The notes under the pieces are model-generated. The model searched no databases. It saw only the letters and a list, made by a program, of their open reading frames with translations, and was not told the origin of the DNA. A stretch of 64,000 nucleotides of DNA, taken from positions 1 through 64,000 of IMG/VR virus record IMGVR_UViG_3300042865_000182; one strand, written 5' to 3'. The stretch is from a virus. Each line of letters starts with the position of its first letter. The first letter of the stretch is position 1. The position numbers and the translations under genes were made by a program. Positions 44,401 to 54,469 of the stretch are shown here, piece by piece.

Positions 44401-46804
44401 TGATGACTGGTTAGGTCCTGATGGTCCTAAGATCAATGAAAAGAAAAAAAGTATTGAATTTGAAACAGGTATTGCAAGTCATTATGGTGCTATGAAAATA
44501 GATAATGATGATCAATATGGCCAGTTAAAAACAATTACAGAATTTCCAATAACACCATGTGAGCAAAAGTTTGATTACAATAGTTTGCCTACTAATACAT
44601 TTACAGTACAAATATCATTAGTTCCACCAATCTATCAAAGTGTTACGCAAAAAGTTATAACTCAAACTCCAGTAATATTTGGAGGAGATACATATATAAC
44701 AAGATTTACAGAAAAGAATCCAATGTTCTTTTTCTATAATTGGTTATATACAGAACCAAATGGCTATGAGTATAACTACTTTAATAACCAAATGATTCCT
44801 GAACCTAGATTTTGGGCTAATAGTGAAAGGTATGATTTATCTCAATTACAAGTAACTAGTTTAGCTGCATGGGCTGCATTGTTTAATAACTCAACTACAG
44901 GTACTGGATTTTTACCAAATGATTATTTTAATTTAGATAATGAAAATTATGTAAGAAATAATGATACTATTCCTGCAGGTTATCCTGGATTTATATATGC
45001 AAAGAATTCATATTTCTATTTATCAGCATCTGGAGTAAGAGACTTTTTTGTAGAGTCTGATGTTATCAATGACTTTAGAGAAGTTGGTACATTTGATTAT
45101 GAAAAATGTTATAATCCATATAGATATACTGACTTAGAAACTATGTTCAGAATGGATAAGATAACTGCAACAGAGGGTAACTTTTATTTATATGACTATT
45201 CATTAAGTATTACAAGATTAACAAACAGATATACATCATTTGGATTTTTACAAAATGTATATTATGATCCTGAGGTTGCTGAGTTATGTTATACATATTA
45301 TCCTAATACAATTACTTATTCTTTACCAGTTTCACAAACATCTTCTACAGATAACTGGTTTATATTTTTACCACTAAATAGAAAAGATTTTGTTAGTCAA
45401 ATTAGTGGAGTTAAAAACTTTGCTAAAACTGGAGCTTTTGTTACATTTAAAAATGATAGTCCAATAGTATTTCAAGGTGTAGATACACTTGAAATGGATG
45501 GATCAGGAACTAAGGTTATAATTGGAGATGCTAGTTTATTTGCAAGAGAGCCTCAAAATCTTGTGGTAGCTGATAAACCATACATGTATGGATCTTCTCA
45601 AGGAAGGCTATCTGTTATATCTACACCTGCTGGACTTTATTATATATCTCAAGATCAGGGTAAAGTTTTTGCATATGGTGATGGACTTAAAGAAATTTCC
45701 CAAGCTGGTATGAAATGGTGGTTTGATTATTTCTTACCTAGTAAGCTTCTTGAAGATTTCCCTGATTATCCATATGCTGATAATCCTGTAGCTGGTGTAG
45801 GAACACAGGCTGTGTTTGATAATTATAATTCTGTACTTTACTTTTGTAAAAAAGATTATAAATTAAAAGAATTTGGTCCAGATGGAGAACCTCTTGCAGG
45901 TAGGGTAGTTAATGTTAATACAAGTAAAGATAGTTATTTTAATTACTATCCTTATGTAAACGGTGTTATATCAGCAACACCACTTAAAGTTTCACTTGGT
46001 GATTCTAGAATTTTTGAAGATGCTTCTTGGACAGTAAGTTATGATCCTAAATCTCAGTTCTGGATTTCATTCCATGACTGGCACCCGGATCTTGTTATGC
46101 CAACTAAAGATAGTTTTATAACTACTAAAAGAAATCAGTTTTACAAGCATGGTGCAAGTTGTAATGACTACTGTAATTTTTATGGAGTACAGTACCCATT
46201 TGAAATTGAATTTCCAATTACAACCGGACAAAGTGTTACAACAGTAAAAAGTATTGAATATGTACTTGAATGCTATAGAAGAGAACAAAGATATTGTACT
46301 GATCAATTTCATATATTAGATTATAACTTTGATAAATTAGTTATACACAATACAGAACAAATATCAGGGTATTTAAATCTTAATGTGTTCCCTAAGAATA
46401 ATATAGCATTGTCTTTATTATATCCACAGCTAAATGTTAATAATAGTTCATTTGATATCTTGTTCTCTAAAGAAGAAAACAAGTATAGAATAAATCAGTT
46501 CTGGGACATAACAAAAGACCGTGGAGAATTTCCTAATGGTTCAGGTTATCCACCACAAGGACCTCTTATTCCAGGTACTACAACTTTATTAGGAAACTAT
46601 CCTGAAAATATGTTGTGGATCACTGAAGCTAATGGTTATAAAAAAGCTATTAATCCTCAAGCTGTAGATTATAATAAATCTCTTCTACAAAGAAAAAAAT
46701 TCCGTCACATGGTTAACTTTATGTATCTTAGTAAAACTAATTCAAGAGACACTAATATGATACTCAAGTTATTCAATAGTAAAAATCAATATTCTTTAAG
46801 ATAA
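41411..46804 (+). CDS. Tail stabilisation / muzzle protein (P22 gp10-like position), 1797 aa
   Basis: N-terminal FIKGLHKD......YARNA, YMRDENYAFFI, C-terminal WTVSYD....WISFHDW; synteny. Confidence 0.75.
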   Translation: MAEEKGNLNTSKTNTFIKGLHKDSDPAFIQEGMWTYARNAVNNTIEGDVGTISNEASNALCAKAGETIPPTHPYKYIIGMIHLFTDKWIVYTASHINETSIAPGVSEIGLYEEQSCTYRPIVQDKCLGFSKSHLISGAAREKEDCTWQVYWADGFNPDRYLNVGDPKTWPGPDYVWLGGANVNYYSNGTVVDFLWPGVPWVEKIKNIGACEFTKYDNILDCDKTRLARLMNTPCLNLSLGDGSGSLENGSYYAVIAYTIKGEKISDYFAASNVQPVYTTISAQGSLQLAVEADTENFDEFQLVLVANINENTIARIIGYYSTNTKNIFIDQYKPSLESIDITLIPLLTPVFEKSDQMTQLNSYLLRIGPTTKFDFNYQPLANLIEAEWVSVEYPAAYYFKGGSKTNYMRDENYAFFIRWVYNTGDKSASYHIPGRAPENWGPAPGIPENEPYTNSDSFPGDVDLFQTINTAYQTSFATSILDDGGKVIASGKMGYWESTERYPDNRPNIWNSSYYVWTGKYNNPSTNYDLCGLPIRHHKFPENVLYSNTTGQLTNSTASYHFIKDVATNALYIRMMAVQFKNIIYPKDNDGNDIPGIVGYEILRGSRDGNRSIIAKGMLNNFRTYNRVGVPGNTRTGLYANYPYNTIIPIGNDTTGHDQYYNDPFIKSVDTNNNVLNQSVPINITSFHSPDTSFRTPYLSAIELKIYGHLSGLALQRFIEPQGHPKFKLMTNDALWIIIIAGVIDVLLRTSGEKKINYPQGSFTQQFQLPFAGGISSPLAIPLNVVGASGAALANTTFTSLFNTYDGLGGFIVDAFAGVDNLVPLFKTHDASMLSAGGTYNPINYEKSLTAFSQLPTWTQVLLNVVGGVSQIAFFFLEGALAAQDLLYAIGPYRQYALQLIGHGLYDTFNPFTITDTKRFKIADASYIFKNISFEIDDYNDTITGNPTQKYTINNYKRSQLLMLRTERANIPTTDGPKLLVTGGVGLDQSLGSLGMFDDWLGPDGPKINEKKKSIEFETGIASHYGAMKIDNDDQYGQLKTITEFPITPCEQKFDYNSLPTNTFTVQISLVPPIYQSVTQKVITQTPVIFGGDTYITRFTEKNPMFFFYNWLYTEPNGYEYNYFNNQMIPEPRFWANSERYDLSQLQVTSLAAWAALFNNSTTGTGFLPNDYFNLDNENYVRNNDTIPAGYPGFIYAKNSYFYLSASGVRDFFVESDVINDFREVGTFDYEKCYNPYRYTDLETMFRMDKITATEGNFYLYDYSLSITRLTNRYTSFGFLQNVYYDPEVAELCYTYYPNTITYSLPVSQTSSTDNWFIFLPLNRKDFVSQISGVKNFAKTGAFVTFKNDSPIVFQGVDTLEMDGSGTKVIIGDASLFAREPQNLVVADKPYMYGSSQGRLSVISTPAGLYYISQDQGKVFAYGDGLKEISQAGMKWWFDYFLPSKLLEDFPDYPYADNPVAGVGTQAVFDNYNSVLYFCKKDYKLKEFGPDGEPLAGRVVNVNTSKDSYFNYYPYVNGVISATPLKVSLGDSRIFEDASWTVSYDPKSQFWISFHDWHPDLVMPTKDSFITTKRNQFYKHGASCNDYCNFYGVQYPFEIEFPITTGQSVTTVKSIEYVLECYRREQRYCTDQFHILDYNFDKLVIHNTEQISGYLNLNVFPKNNIALSLLYPQLNVNNSSFDILFSKEENKYRINQFWDITKDRGEFPNGSGYPPQGPLIPGTTTLLGNYPENMLWITEANGYKKAINPQAVDYNKSLLQRKKFRHMVNFMYLSKTNSRDTNMILKLFNSKNQYSLR

Positions 46805-48321
46805 TGACTAATTTTAAAAAAGGTGGTCCATTACAGAATAGTAATATATTTGCTACCAATAGATTATTTGTAAAAAATCCACTGTTTAAAAAAAGAAAAA
46901 AGAAAAGAGCCCCTGGAGTTTATAATCCAACAGCTAAGTTTAGATATGATGAAGGAGGACCTATATCATTTGATTATGATGATACACTGAGCACAGATAG
47001 AGGATTGGATATAGCCCAGAACATATCTAATAAGGATAAGTATATTATATCTGCTAGAGATACTGTTACACCCGAAATGATTGATAGAGCTTTGGCTGTT
47101 GGCATAAGCCCTGGTAAAATATTTGCTACCGGTTCAGATAAAGCTAAGATAGCTAAAGTAAAAGAACTAGGTGCTAAGCATGTTGATAATAAATCTAGTG
47201 TAGTTAAAGCACTTGGTAAACAAGGACAACAATTTAAAAAAGGTGGTATCCCCAAAGATATCTCTATACCACAGTTAAATCAGTTTGTAGAAGGAGGTGC
47301 ACCTGGTGACTTAGAAAAAATATTAAAAGACTTAGATGCAAAACTTGCTAATAATGAGATTACACAAAAACAATATGAGTATTTAAAAAACAAAGCAATT
47401 GACTATTATAATATCCAAAATAAATTAAATTTTGCAAAAAAACAATTAATAAGCAATGAAATATCTGGTGATAAATTTCAAGAAACATATGATGCATTAA
47501 AAAAAGACTATGGAGAAAAATACAATAAAGAGGGTATTACTTGTGGGGTAAATATGAAAAATTGTCCAAAAGATGAAGAACTTGAAAATTTATATCCTAC
47601 TATTACTCAACAAGTTGTAACTGAAACTCCTGTAGTTAGTAATGAAGTTCCTATTATTAATAATGAAATACCTGTAATTAGTAATGAAGTTTTAACAGAA
47701 CCAGAGACAGTTGAAACAGTAGAAGAAAAAATAAAAAGACCTGAATTAGAAGTACCAAGTATTGCTCCATACAATTTTCCAGGAGCAACACAACATACAA
47801 AAAAGAAAAAATATTTAGATTTTAGACTAAATCAAAGATATAATAAAACTTCACCAGTAGTAATTCAAGAAAAAATAGTAAGTAGAAAAGATGATCCTTT
47901 ATTAAGATTTATTAGTGGTTATGACAGAGAAAAAGGTACTCCTAAATTATATAAGTCACATAAAGATTGGAGTGAAAGATATCATGATGCTATAAGGCAA
48001 ATTCAGGAAGATCCTGAAAATGCAGAAAATGTAAGGTTTCCAGGATTTCGTGGTTCACCTCTTGCAAGTTGGAAAGACTATAAAGCAAGAAGAGAATATA
48101 AAAAAGATTGGAAAGATTATATTCAAAATGAAGTGCCTCAAATTATAGAAAGAAATAAACAAGCATTAGAAGATTACCAAAATCAATTGCAACAACAAAA
48201 AAATGGTGGATCAACAGATGATTATATAGAAGTAGATATACCAAAAGAACAAATACAATGGTACATAGACCAAGGATACAGAGTAGAGCCAGTAAGTAAA
48301 CTTAAAAAGTTTATTGGTTAA
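46804..48321 (+). CDS. Putative internal virion (cargo) protein with HAD-like domain
   Basis: ISFDYDDTL (DxDxT), IISAR, K, HVDN; segments separated by xxGG motifs. Confidence 0.6.
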   Translation: MTNFKKGGPLQNSNIFATNRLFVKNPLFKKRKKKRAPGVYNPTAKFRYDEGGPISFDYDDTLSTDRGLDIAQNISNKDKYIISARDTVTPEMIDRALAVGISPGKIFATGSDKAKIAKVKELGAKHVDNKSSVVKALGKQGQQFKKGGIPKDISIPQLNQFVEGGAPGDLEKILKDLDAKLANNEITQKQYEYLKNKAIDYYNIQNKLNFAKKQLISNEISGDKFQETYDALKKDYGEKYNKEGITCGVNMKNCPKDEELENLYPTITQQVVTETPVVSNEVPIINNEIPVISNEVLTEPETVETVEEKIKRPELEVPSIAPYNFPGATQHTKKKKYLDFRLNQRYNKTSPVVIQEKIVSRKDDPLLRFISGYDREKGTPKLYKSHKDWSERYHDAIRQIQEDPENAENVRFPGFRGSPLASWKDYKARREYKKDWKDYIQNEVPQIIERNKQALEDYQNQLQQQKNGGSTDDYIEVDIPKEQIQWYIDQGYRVEPVSKLKKFIG

Positions 48322-48356
48322 TTTAAAATTTAGTATATTTAATTATAAGCAATAGC

Positions 48357-51300
48357 ATGAAAGTTAGAATATATAAAACACCGGACAGTAAAGGAAAGCT
48401 TGTAAAAGCCAAGAAAGGTATGTCTGTTAATATAAATGAGGAGATTAAAAGAAAGATTGCAGAAGGTAAAGAGCCTGAGATCATTATATATGAATTAGCA
48501 GAATTTGGTTTATCAAGACCAGAAGCACAAAGAAAAGTAAATAGATATTATGATCTTCTTGGGGATGATGAGTATGCTGAAGATGAAGTAGTTGCACCTT
48601 ATGATGATACAGTTGAAGATGAAGTAGTACAAACTCCAGAAGAAGATGAACCAGATAATGCTGCTATTTATGATTACTATGGTGGTGATAATCAAGGACT
48701 TGATGTAGTTAATGATGGTGCTGATGATGAAGATGAAGAAGATGATATGGCAAGATATGGTGGACAGTATGCAGAAGGTGGACAGTTTGCTCCAGGAAGT
48801 ATTATACCTGAACCAAAGAAACCATATTTTATAGGAATGGATGCTGAACCTTATGATAATGCTTATGCCTTTGGTGGAAACACATATGGTTTTGGTGGAC
48901 CTGGTGATGGTGATAAAAGACGTAGTTTTTATGATACAGCTGTAACTGACTACAAACAATGGTTAACCAATCCAGCAGCATGGCAAGAAGATCCTGAAAT
49001 GTTGGCTCCTGATGGAAAAACATTAAATCTATGTTTAGATTGTATGGACATGGATTGGAATAATGAGCAAGATATAAGAGATGCCCATAGATTAATTGAA
49101 GAAGGTTACTCAACTGGGACACATAGAAATCAAGAACTATTTGATGCAGGTCTAAAAAAATATGGTTTACAAACTCCTGTATGGTCATCTAAAAAACAAA
49201 TTAGTGAAAATAAATTTGGTGGTTTAACCAAAAACCAATATGTTAATAAAAGAATCAAAGAACTTAGAAAAGCTGCACAAGGTGATGAAGTTCAAAATAA
49301 TGAAACTAATATATCTCCAAGAGGCACAATAGATAGTCCTTCTGGATTCACTAGTCCAGAAAAAAACTTAGCTTCAATTATAAAGCAAACCGGTAATAAT
49401 GCTTTGTTAAAACAACAAGCTGAAAATGAATATCAACAATATCAAAATTCAACTATGGGTCAAGATTTTAATGGTAAGTTTCTATTTGGTGGTAGAAACA
49501 GAAAAATAAAAAGAGCTAACAGAGCAATGTTTGGAACACCAATAGCACTACCAGGTGTAGACGTTAATTATGAATTTGGACCATTAGGTGGTTTAAGAAA
49601 AGCTGAAGCTAAATGGGATTTAGATGCTATTGGAGATTTGGCTAAATTTTTACCAGGAGCTGTTGGTATGTTTCCAGGTATGATGGGTGGATTTAATCCA
49701 GCTATGATGCAATATAAAAAAGTAAGTTATCCTGCACAGATTAGAAAAAAAGTTATTTCTGAAATTAATAAAGAAGCTTTAAATGATGTAGCTAAACAAA
49801 ATCCTAATTCTGAAGCTGCTCAAAAAAGTAATAATCCTATACCAACTACAGTAGAATCTAGCACACAACTTAATCCAAAATCATATTTAAATTATGGTAC
49901 CGGTCCTGGATCTGGAATGGGTAGAATGCATTTGGATGATATGGATTTATATGAACAAGAACACGGTGGTTTTGTAAATACAGAAACAATGGATCCAAAT
50001 ATGCTTGCTAAGTTTATTTATGGTGGTGATGAATATGCTTATGGTGGTGATGTGATACCAAAAGCTGCACCGGGTATGATGGTTGGTAATACACAAAACC
50101 CATTAGCTTTACAGAATTATATTGCTAACCATTTAAAGTATCATAATTATGGACAGAGACAGAAACAAGCTGTTCAACAACCTAATACTACTCAGGGTGT
50201 AAATCCATTTATGCAATACATGCAAATGATGCAAGGTCAACAGGGTAATCCATATATGGGAAGTCAAATGATGTTTAATCCATATATGAATAATGCTTTT
50301 GGTAATCAACAATTTTGGACAGGTAGACCACAAAGATTAGGTTTTGGTCTTACTAGAGACTTTAATTACACTAATGCTTTTTCTCCTGTTAATTGGCAAG
50401 TACCTGAAGGGACAAAAAAAATTACAGAAAAAGTTTATAAAGATAGAGGTAAATGGTATAATCCTTTTGATACAAAAAGAATTAGAGAATGGTATGCAGA
50501 TGGAACAGAAGGTGAAGCGAATGACTTGATAAACAAACAAGGATCTGGTACTAATATTAAAACAGATACTACACCAAAACAATCACAAGCTTCTAAATAT
50601 GGATACAGTGATGAAGATTGGGCTAATTTAACATGGGATCAACAGACAGCTATAATGAATGCTGCAGATAGTTCTCCAGATAAAATGTCCACAAGAGCTG
50701 CTTCACAAATCCCTACTTCAGTGTCTGGATTAGCTCCTGAATCATTATCGGCAAGTGGTGTTAATCAATCTAAAAGTGCAACTGGAGTGGGTGCTAAATT
50801 ATCTGGATCTGGCATATCATCAATATATGAACCAGAAGTAACAACTCCTAATTCATATGTATCATCACCAGCTACACAACAAACAACTACTCAAGGTAGT
50901 GGTAGCATGTATCCGGCTGGTCAAAGATCTACTTCTGGTATTTCATCTGTTTATGAACCAGAAGAAACTGTACCTAATTCATACACAGGCTCTTCACAAA
51001 CTTCAAGCCGTCCTCAACAATATAACACATTATATCCGGCAGGTACAAGGTCAACTACTGGAATTGATTCAACATATGAAGTTGATGCTAATGTTTCTAA
51101 TGCAAATACAGTATCTAAACCAGTTGCACCAGCAGCATCTGTTATTGCAAAACCAATGACAGATCCTAAGTATATACCAACAGCTGAAGATTTTCAATAT
51201 GATTCAGAAGGAATACCTGCACCTAATACTAATGTTAATAGTAATCAGAACTATGATGAAAATTTCTTAGAAGAATTACCAATGGCATACGGTGGTTATA

Positions 51301-51824
51301 TGGCTTATGGAGGTTATATACCTGAGTATATGGCTTATGGTGGATATATGCCAATGGCTAAATCAGGAATCACTGCAGGTAAACCAGAATTTGAAGACCC
51401 TAATCTTATTGGTAGAGTAGTAGAACAATCTGCATATACATTTAAACCTGGACAAATGGCAACAGACTTATTTAGCAGTCCATCTAGTTTAACAGGTTTA
51501 ACTACTAATATATTAAATGCTAGAGATCAAGCTAAAAAAATGGATCAAGCTGCTCAAAGAAATAGAACATTTGATGCTGCAACTGCTAACACAGGTCAAT
51601 CAGGATTTGGTTCTGCTGAAAGAAAAGGATCAGACTTAATGGCAAGCGGTACTTATACTCAATATGGAACTACACCTGGACAACAAGGCTATGAAGGTGG
51701 TCTATATGGTAAAAAAGGTGGCTCTATGAATACACAATATGCTAAAGGTAAAGTTTACAGTTTAACCATGGAACAAATAAAAGCTATTGAAGCTGCCGGA
51801 GGTAAAATAGAATATATAAAATAA
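48357..51824 (+). CDS. Putative internal virion (cargo) protein, largely low-complexity
   Basis: 1155 aa; many xxxGG motifs; internal repeats. Confidence 0.65.
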   Translation: MKVRIYKTPDSKGKLVKAKKGMSVNINEEIKRKIAEGKEPEIIIYELAEFGLSRPEAQRKVNRYYDLLGDDEYAEDEVVAPYDDTVEDEVVQTPEEDEPDNAAIYDYYGGDNQGLDVVNDGADDEDEEDDMARYGGQYAEGGQFAPGSIIPEPKKPYFIGMDAEPYDNAYAFGGNTYGFGGPGDGDKRRSFYDTAVTDYKQWLTNPAAWQEDPEMLAPDGKTLNLCLDCMDMDWNNEQDIRDAHRLIEEGYSTGTHRNQELFDAGLKKYGLQTPVWSSKKQISENKFGGLTKNQYVNKRIKELRKAAQGDEVQNNETNISPRGTIDSPSGFTSPEKNLASIIKQTGNNALLKQQAENEYQQYQNSTMGQDFNGKFLFGGRNRKIKRANRAMFGTPIALPGVDVNYEFGPLGGLRKAEAKWDLDAIGDLAKFLPGAVGMFPGMMGGFNPAMMQYKKVSYPAQIRKKVISEINKEALNDVAKQNPNSEAAQKSNNPIPTTVESSTQLNPKSYLNYGTGPGSGMGRMHLDDMDLYEQEHGGFVNTETMDPNMLAKFIYGGDEYAYGGDVIPKAAPGMMVGNTQNPLALQNYIANHLKYHNYGQRQKQAVQQPNTTQGVNPFMQYMQMMQGQQGNPYMGSQMMFNPYMNNAFGNQQFWTGRPQRLGFGLTRDFNYTNAFSPVNWQVPEGTKKITEKVYKDRGKWYNPFDTKRIREWYADGTEGEANDLINKQGSGTNIKTDTTPKQSQASKYGYSDEDWANLTWDQQTAIMNAADSSPDKMSTRAASQIPTSVSGLAPESLSASGVNQSKSATGVGAKLSGSGISSIYEPEVTTPNSYVSSPATQQTTTQGSGSMYPAGQRSTSGISSVYEPEETVPNSYTGSSQTSSRPQQYNTLYPAGTRSTTGIDSTYEVDANVSNANTVSKPVAPAASVIAKPMTDPKYIPTAEDFQYDSEGIPAPNTNVNSNQNYDENFLEELPMAYGGYMAYGGYIPEYMAYGGYMPMAKSGITAGKPEFEDPNLIGRVVEQSAYTFKPGQMATDLFSSPSSLTGLTTNILNARDQAKKMDQAAQRNRTFDAATANTGQSGFGSAERKGSDLMASGTYTQYGTTPGQQGYEGGLYGKKGGSMNTQYAKGKVYSLTMEQIKAIEAAGGKIEYIK
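50808..51080 (+). repeat. Three imperfect intragenic repeats of about 40 aa
   Basis: SGISSIYEPEVTTPNSY / YPAGQRSTSGISSVYEPEETVPNSY / YPAGTRSTTGIDSTYE. Confidence 0.75.
51282..51347 (+). repeat. MAYGGY x3 peptide repeat
   Basis: atggcatacggtggttat atggcttatggaggttat ... atggcttatggtggatat. Confidence 0.85.
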
Positions 51825-51829
51825 TCAAC

Positions 51830-54469
51830 ATGAGATACAGAGTTAAAATAACAGAAGCTCCTGAATTATTCAAAGTAAAAATAACTCAGCCTCCAAAAGC
51901 AAAAACAGGTTATCAAATTGAGGGATCATTGGCTAATGATCTTTCTGCATTTGGTGGTGGTAATCTAAAACTTACAGAACCTAAAGCTGTAGCTACTAAA
52001 ACTATTACTAAGGTGCCTAGAGATCAAGCTAACTTAGAAGCTGAAGGTGGAGAAACTGTATTAACATTTGATCCATCTGGATATCCTTTATTTTATGAAA
52101 TAAAAGGTCCTAGACATAGTGCTAATGGTGTTCCATTAAATCTTCCGGATGATAGTTTTATATTTAGTGATACTAAAGAAATGATAATTAAGGATCCTGT
52201 TATTCTTAAAATGTTTAATAAATCACCTAAAAAAGGATATACTCCAGCAGATTTATCTAAACAATTTTTATCATTAAATAAATATAGAATGACTATGCAG
52301 GATCCTACTTCAGATAAAGTAGAGATAAAAACTGCAGAGTTAATGATAAAGAAAAGTATTATTAAACTAGGAGCATTAGCATTAGCTCAGGAAGCTAAGA
52401 AAGGATTCCCACAAGGTATTCCAGCTGTAGCTAAACAATATATGGAAGCTAATGGTATTACTGAACAAGATATACTACCAGATCAACCAGAACAAGAATC
52501 ACCAGCACAAGCAGGTCAAGCTATTGATATGGGTCAGGCTATGGCAGAAGGAGCACCTCAACAAGCTATTGAAGCTAATGAACCTCCAATGATGCCAGAT
52601 GGTTCTCCTGTTGCAATGCCTGAAGAACAAATGATGCAACAACAACCCCCAATGCAACCAGGTATGAAACATGGTGGAATGTTAAGACACGCTAATAAAG
52701 GTTTACAAGTTGCATTAAATAAAATCACAGTTAGTGTAAAAAATGCTCTTGATCAAGGAAAAGAAATGGAAGATATCCTTCTTGAGCTTATACAAAGTAA
52801 TGTAACCCCAGAAGATCTAATTACAGTATTGGGTAATCTTGCTATTCCAGAAATGAAGGCAAAAGAAATGGTTACAGATGCACTTAATACCTTACAAGAA
52901 CAAGCTGCTCAACAAAGACAAATGATGGCTCAGCAACAAGCAGCTCAAATGGGACAACAACCAGGAATGCAAGCTCCACAACAAGGACAACCTTCTCCAG
53001 AGCAAATGATGGCTATGGCTCAACAGATGCCACAAGAACAAATGCAACAAGCTCCTATGGCTATGTATGGAATGTCTATGGGTGGTTATAATATGCCTTT
53101 CTATAACAATCCTAATGAAATGGCTTATGGTGGTTTTTTAAGAGAAGCAGGTAATGGTGAAATTGTAAAAGGTAAAAAAGGTGACGTATCTGCAACAAAA
53201 AAAAGTAAAGCTGAATTTGAATCTTATAAAGGAACTCCAACTACTACAGCTAGTGGTAAAAAAGCTAAATACTTATTTGAATCTAACCCTGAAAGAGTTA
53301 GAAAAGATCAAGCGATAACTAATGCTGGAAATCCCGCAAACTTTAATAGAGGTGCTTGGGAAAAAACTTTATGTGATGAAATAAAAGGCGGATCAACAGT
53401 TGATGATATTTTAAAAAGACACTATAGCGGTCAAGAAGCTTATAGAGCGCAAGTACTAAGCATGTTTGCTGATTGTTTCAAAGAAGCTGAAGAAAAGTTT
53501 AAAGAAAGAGAAGAAGCAATTTACTTAGATGAAGAACCTGTTACAACAACTACTACTGAAGAAGAAGAATGTGTATGTACTGATCCTATGACAGGTCAAG
53601 AAACTGTATTTCCTAAAAATGCTGATGGTACTTGTACTCCATGTGAAGCATATCAAATGGAAGAAAGCCAAATGCAGATGCCTGGGCAAATGAAACCAAG
53701 AGGATTACAGTATCTTCCTGAAGATAAGTTAAATCTTGGCATTGCCTTAGCTCAAAGATATGAAAATCTTCCTCCTATAATGGGTAAAGCTCCTGGTGTT
53801 AGAGAACAAGCTGAAAGAGTTGATTATATGGGTCAAGCTGAATTAGCAAAAGGTATGACACAAGGTACTATAAATGCAATTCAAAAAATGGCTGCTAATA
53901 ATCCTGGCGGAGCTTTAGCTGCTATGTTTGCAGCACAAAGAGGATCTCAAGGAGACATAATTAACTTAGCATCTCAAACAAATGCACAGAATGCAGATAG
54001 AGCCACAGCTTTAAATAAAGCAAATACACAACATCAGTGGAATCAATTACTATTAGATAAAGATGCATCTGATATATATAACCAAAGACAAGCAACTTGG
54101 GCAAGTAATAAAGCACAAGATTTTAGTAATTACTGGGCTAATGTAGGTGATAAATTTGCTAAGATGAAAGGTAATGCTAGAACACTTGCTGCTGTTAATG
54201 AAGCTCAAGGTATGAAATGGAATATTGATCCTATTACAGGTGAAGAGTATTATGTTAATGCAAATAATAAAGTTATTACACCAGAGAAACCTGCTGAAGA
54301 TTTTGCAACAAAAATGGCAAGATTTAAAGCTATGGGTATTACTGATAATTCAGATGTATTAAGAGCAATGGATCTTGAAAGAAAAATGAATGTAACTAAG
54401 TTTGGTGGTATAGCATATAAAAATGGAGGTTATGTTTATGCTGATATTTTATATCCATTTATACTGTGA
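51830..54469 (+). CDS. Putative internal virion (cargo) protein with EAEGGE/GPRH domain
   Basis: ANLEAEGGETV...KGPRHSANGVPL...FIFSD; Gln/Met/Pro-rich linkers. Confidence 0.65.
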   Translation: MRYRVKITEAPELFKVKITQPPKAKTGYQIEGSLANDLSAFGGGNLKLTEPKAVATKTITKVPRDQANLEAEGGETVLTFDPSGYPLFYEIKGPRHSANGVPLNLPDDSFIFSDTKEMIIKDPVILKMFNKSPKKGYTPADLSKQFLSLNKYRMTMQDPTSDKVEIKTAELMIKKSIIKLGALALAQEAKKGFPQGIPAVAKQYMEANGITEQDILPDQPEQESPAQAGQAIDMGQAMAEGAPQQAIEANEPPMMPDGSPVAMPEEQMMQQQPPMQPGMKHGGMLRHANKGLQVALNKITVSVKNALDQGKEMEDILLELIQSNVTPEDLITVLGNLAIPEMKAKEMVTDALNTLQEQAAQQRQMMAQQQAAQMGQQPGMQAPQQGQPSPEQMMAMAQQMPQEQMQQAPMAMYGMSMGGYNMPFYNNPNEMAYGGFLREAGNGEIVKGKKGDVSATKKSKAEFESYKGTPTTTASGKKAKYLFESNPERVRKDQAITNAGNPANFNRGAWEKTLCDEIKGGSTVDDILKRHYSGQEAYRAQVLSMFADCFKEAEEKFKEREEAIYLDEEPVTTTTTEEEECVCTDPMTGQETVFPKNADGTCTPCEAYQMEESQMQMPGQMKPRGLQYLPEDKLNLGIALAQRYENLPPIMGKAPGVREQAERVDYMGQAELAKGMTQGTINAIQKMAANNPGGALAAMFAAQRGSQGDIINLASQTNAQNADRATALNKANTQHQWNQLLLDKDASDIYNQRQATWASNKAQDFSNYWANVGDKFAKMKGNARTLAAVNEAQGMKWNIDPITGEEYYVNANNKVITPEKPAEDFATKMARFKAMGITDNSDVLRAMDLERKMNVTKFGGIAYKNGGYVYADILYPFIL

